This document shows, one piece after another, positions 25,453-28,063 of a DNA stretch of 28,063 bases. A model generated the notes under the pieces. The model saw only the letters and a list, made by a program, of their open reading frames with translations, did no database searches and was not told the origin of the DNA. Origin of the DNA: a virus (Duplodnaviria; Caudoviricetes); IMG/VR virus record IMGVR_UViG_3300028559_002432, positions 1-28,063 of that record; one strand, given 5' to 3'. The translations under genes and the position numbers were made by a program. How positions within the stretch are numbered: position 1 is the first letter of the stretch; every line of letters starts with the position of its first letter.

Positions 25453-26268
25453 GTGATTGGTGTTGGCATAGTAACATGTAACAGGCCAGAATTCCTGGTT
25501 AAATGTCTCAATAGCATGCCTGAATGTGTTGAGCTGGTTGTAGTTAATGATGGTGACAATATACCTAAAAACATTGTTAAAAGATTTAGCCGTAAGAATA
25601 CATACGATTTGATACAGAATGAAAAGAATTTAGGTGTGGGCAAATCAAAGAATGTATTGTTCAGGCACCTCATCAACAAAGGCTGCACAGATATTTTTAT
25701 AATAGAAGATGACATAGTAGTCAAAGATCCCTCAGTGTTTGATGAATACATTAGGGCAAGAAAAGTTACCGGTATACAGCATTTTTGCTTTGGTTACCAT
25801 GGACCGGCAAATAAGAACGGAATATCAGGTGGTAAGCCGGTACCGCGGTTCATTGTTGATTATGGTGATGTGAAGGTGGCAATCAACATGCATAGCGTGG
25901 GGGCATTTTGTTACTATACCAAGGAAGTGTTACAGGATGTGGGCCTGATAGATGAAGAGTATACCAATGCCTTTGAACATGTGGATCACGATTACAGAAT
26001 CCACAAAGCAGGGTACTCCACACCATATTGGAATTTTCCAGATATTGCTAACAGCATGGACTATCTCGATGAAATAGAATGCTCTGAGAAGAGCAGTTCC
26101 ATTAAACATAGAAAGGATTGGATGGATAATATTAAGAGTGGTGTTGAGAAATTCAGGCAAAAACATGGCTATCTGCCTGCTTGGCAGGGCTGTGTGCCAG
26201 ATTCCACTACAGATGAAGTTAAGAAAATAATGAAAGAGATTCACAGAAAATATGCTAATAAAACCTAG
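25453..26268 (+). CDS. GT2 (GT-A) glycosyltransferase
   Basis: IVTCNRP, VVVNDG, NLGVGKSKN, IIEDD, VGLIDE, FEHVDH..RI. Confidence 0.9.
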   Translation: MIGVGIVTCNRPEFLVKCLNSMPECVELVVVNDGDNIPKNIVKRFSRKNTYDLIQNEKNLGVGKSKNVLFRHLINKGCTDIFIIEDDIVVKDPSVFDEYIRARKVTGIQHFCFGYHGPANKNGISGGKPVPRFIVDYGDVKVAINMHSVGAFCYYTKEVLQDVGLIDEEYTNAFEHVDHDYRIHKAGYSTPYWNFPDIANSMDYLDEIECSEKSSSIKHRKDWMDNIKSGVEKFRQKHGYLPAWQGCVPDSTTDEVKKIMKEIHRKYANKT

Positions 26269-27211
26269 CACAGCTTATCATTATTCAGACATCTGCTTGA
26301 TACCACAGAAGGGCATACTCCCATCCAGATCAGACGCAGATACTTCAGTTACACTTGGTAAGCATACTTTTGCTCTACCAGTGCTGCCTTCAAACATGAG
26401 ATGCACCATTGATTCTTCTTTAGCGCAGACGCTGGCTTATCAGAAGTATTTTTATGTTATGCACAGATTTGATGATAGTAAAGTTTTTATTAGAAATGCC
26501 ATAAGCGAGAATTATTATGTATCCATTAGCGTTGGCATAAAGGAAGAGGATAGGTGTTTGATTGATGGGGTAAAAGATTTAGATATAGAATATATTACGG
26601 TGGATGTTGCCCATGGTCATTCTCTACAAACCATGAAGATGGTTGAATATATTAAAAGTAAAATGCCTAACGCTTTTATTATTGCAGGGAATATAGCCAC
26701 TGCCGCAGCTGCATTTGATTTGAAGAGCGCAGGTGCAGATGCAGTCAAAGTAGGCATAGGACAAGGCAATGCTTGTATAACCAAAGATAAAACTGGTTTT
26801 ACAGTGCCCATGTTTACATGTGTGAGAGATATCTATGAAGAAAATATCGGCATTCCTATAATTGCAGATGGTGGTATCAAGAGCAATGGCGACATAGCCA
26901 AGGCCATAGTTGCTGGTGCAGATATGGTGATGTGTGGATCATTATTTGCAGTGTGTATAGATAGTCCTTCTGAAATTGTTAAAGATACCACCGGTCAAAC
27001 TTACAAGCTGTATTATGGATCTGCATCTGAACACAACAATTACTATCAAAGACATATCGAAGGTACATTGAAGAAGATACCTCAGAATTCAATGACTTAT
27101 GTTGAAAAATTAGAAGAAATAAAACAGGATCTATCTTCAGCCATAAGTTATAGTGGTGGCAGTAATTTAACAAGTCTCAAAGGCAGTGTGAAGGTGTATG
27201 CAGCCAAATAA
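26252..27211 (+). CDS. guaC: GMP reductase (IMPDH/GMPR family, no CBS domain)
   Basis: [73 protein letters not shown]; 319 aa fits short GuaC. Confidence 0.9.
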   Translation: MLIKPSTAYHYSDICLIPQKGILPSRSDADTSVTLGKHTFALPVLPSNMRCTIDSSLAQTLAYQKYFYVMHRFDDSKVFIRNAISENYYVSISVGIKEEDRCLIDGVKDLDIEYITVDVAHGHSLQTMKMVEYIKSKMPNAFIIAGNIATAAAAFDLKSAGADAVKVGIGQGNACITKDKTGFTVPMFTCVRDIYEENIGIPIIADGGIKSNGDIAKAIVAGADMVMCGSLFAVCIDSPSEIVKDTTGQTYKLYYGSASEHNNYYQRHIEGTLKKIPQNSMTYVEKLEEIKQDLSSAISYSGGSNLTSLKGSVKVYAAK

Positions 27212-28043
27212 AAAAATAGCTTTTGGTGTAAATTTGTTCAGTGATAGTAGCAGGACTGATTTAGCCATAGAATCTTTCTTAAAATTAAAAAACAAATTCA
27301 GTGATGTTCTGGATTTGTATAATATTCAATTTACTGATGAAAGTTTAAAATTTCGTAATCATGATCAATTCAAGCTGCTCAGATGTCTTACCAGCAGTAG
27401 TAAGAATTATATTTCTGGTGAATCTAAGAAAACACTTCCAATGACCAAAGATTGTTTTAATGAATTGGCAAAATTAAATTATAATCACTTCATATTCACC
27501 AATGATGATATTATAGTTTCAGATAGATATATTGATTTCATATTGAAAACCAATTATGATTGTTACCCGGCATCGCGACTAGCCATCACACCAATCAAAT
27601 CTCTCAAAGACATTGTTGTTGTGGACAATCATTATCAAGTTGCAGGTTTTGACACTTTCTGCATCAAGACTGATTGGTGGTTGCAGAATGGTGATAAATT
27701 TCCAAATTACGTTCTTGGGCATCCTTGCTGGGATGTACATTATGCAACACTGTGCATGAAATTAGGCAATTCAACATTATGTAACAAATGGCCACCACCT
27801 ACGTTTCATCAGATACATGACAGTGAGTGGAAGACTACTTCATGTCCTGAGACTGATTACAATTATAACACATTCTGGAAGCCTCATAAATTTGATTCAG
27901 ACATGTGGCATAATTATCTTTTTCACATCTTGTTGAAACGGCCTGGTGTTAACTATTGTCAGCCGCATGAAAATGAAATGGACTTGGAGAAGGAGTATTT
28001 TGACGAAACTTGGTTTAAGAGCAACTACTGGTCCTACCAATAA
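27198..28043 (+). CDS. Putative GT-A glycosyltransferase-like protein
   Basis: LPMTKD, FIFTNDDIIV (DxD-like), GFDTF, LGHPCWD, HQIH; lies in an operon with GT2 and guaC. Confidence 0.6.
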   Translation: MQPNKKIAFGVNLFSDSSRTDLAIESFLKLKNKFSDVLDLYNIQFTDESLKFRNHDQFKLLRCLTSSSKNYISGESKKTLPMTKDCFNELAKLNYNHFIFTNDDIIVSDRYIDFILKTNYDCYPASRLAITPIKSLKDIVVVDNHYQVAGFDTFCIKTDWWLQNGDKFPNYVLGHPCWDVHYATLCMKLGNSTLCNKWPPPTFHQIHDSEWKTTSCPETDYNYNTFWKPHKFDSDMWHNYLFHILLKRPGVNYCQPHENEMDLEKEYFDETWFKSNYWSYQ

Positions 28044-28063
28044 CAACCATCTTCAACTAGTTC

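Noticed and set aside
26252-27211. IMP dehydrogenase (guaB) call
   Set aside because: Short length, no CBS domain and the CITKDKTGF loop fit GuaC better, though only an assay would exclude IMPDH activity.
1-28063. Alternative genetic code (stop-codon reassignment), as found in some large phages
   Set aside because: Core genes are full length in code 11, and TAA, TAG and TGA all end genes at expected positions.
1-28063. tRNA, rRNA or riboswitch (e.g. preQ1 riboswitch upstream of que genes)
   Set aside because: Intergenic gaps are mostly under 50 nt and filled by promoter motifs; no cloverleaf or leader space was seen. Not checked by covariance search.
1-28063. Impression of CpG scarcity as a sign of restriction or modification avoidance
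   Set aside because: Cannot be quantified by eye; it needs observed/expected k-mer counts corrected for codon usage.
1-28063. Eukaryotic giant virus or bacterial chromosome origin
   Set aside because: gp55, uvsY/uvsW, gp46/gp47 and gp43 synteny plus T4-type late promoters indicate a T4-like bacteriophage.

Overview
AT-rich, gene-dense segment of a large T4-like (Tevenvirinae-related or jumbo-type) dsDNA bacteriophage genome. The left arm carries a minus-strand replication/recombination block (uvsY, uvsW, gp55 late sigma factor, gp47, gp46, a GT-B glycosyltransferase, gp43 DNA polymerase). The rest is a strand-switching mosaic of two gene sets. One is 7-deazapurine and nucleotide genes (folE, queD, queE, GMP reductase, a P-loop kinase), phoH and three more glycosyltransferases. 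The other is late genes, many starting with a T4 capsid-targeting-like N-terminus, including an HxGH nucleotidyltransferase, a KxDG ligase-fold protein, a retropepsin-like protease and an L,D-transpeptidase-like protein; a PD-(D/E)XK nuclease-like protein in this set has a looser match. The clearest sequence-level signal is regulatory. Nearly every first gene of a transcription unit starts about 6 nt after a sigma70-type -10 box or 4 nt after a TAAATA late-promoter motif, with no Shine-Dalgarno sequence, and downstream genes overlap their neighbours. This points to a leaderless plus translationally coupled expression strategy. No tRNA, rRNA or CRISPR array was seen. All family assignments come from motif recognition by eye, not database searches.
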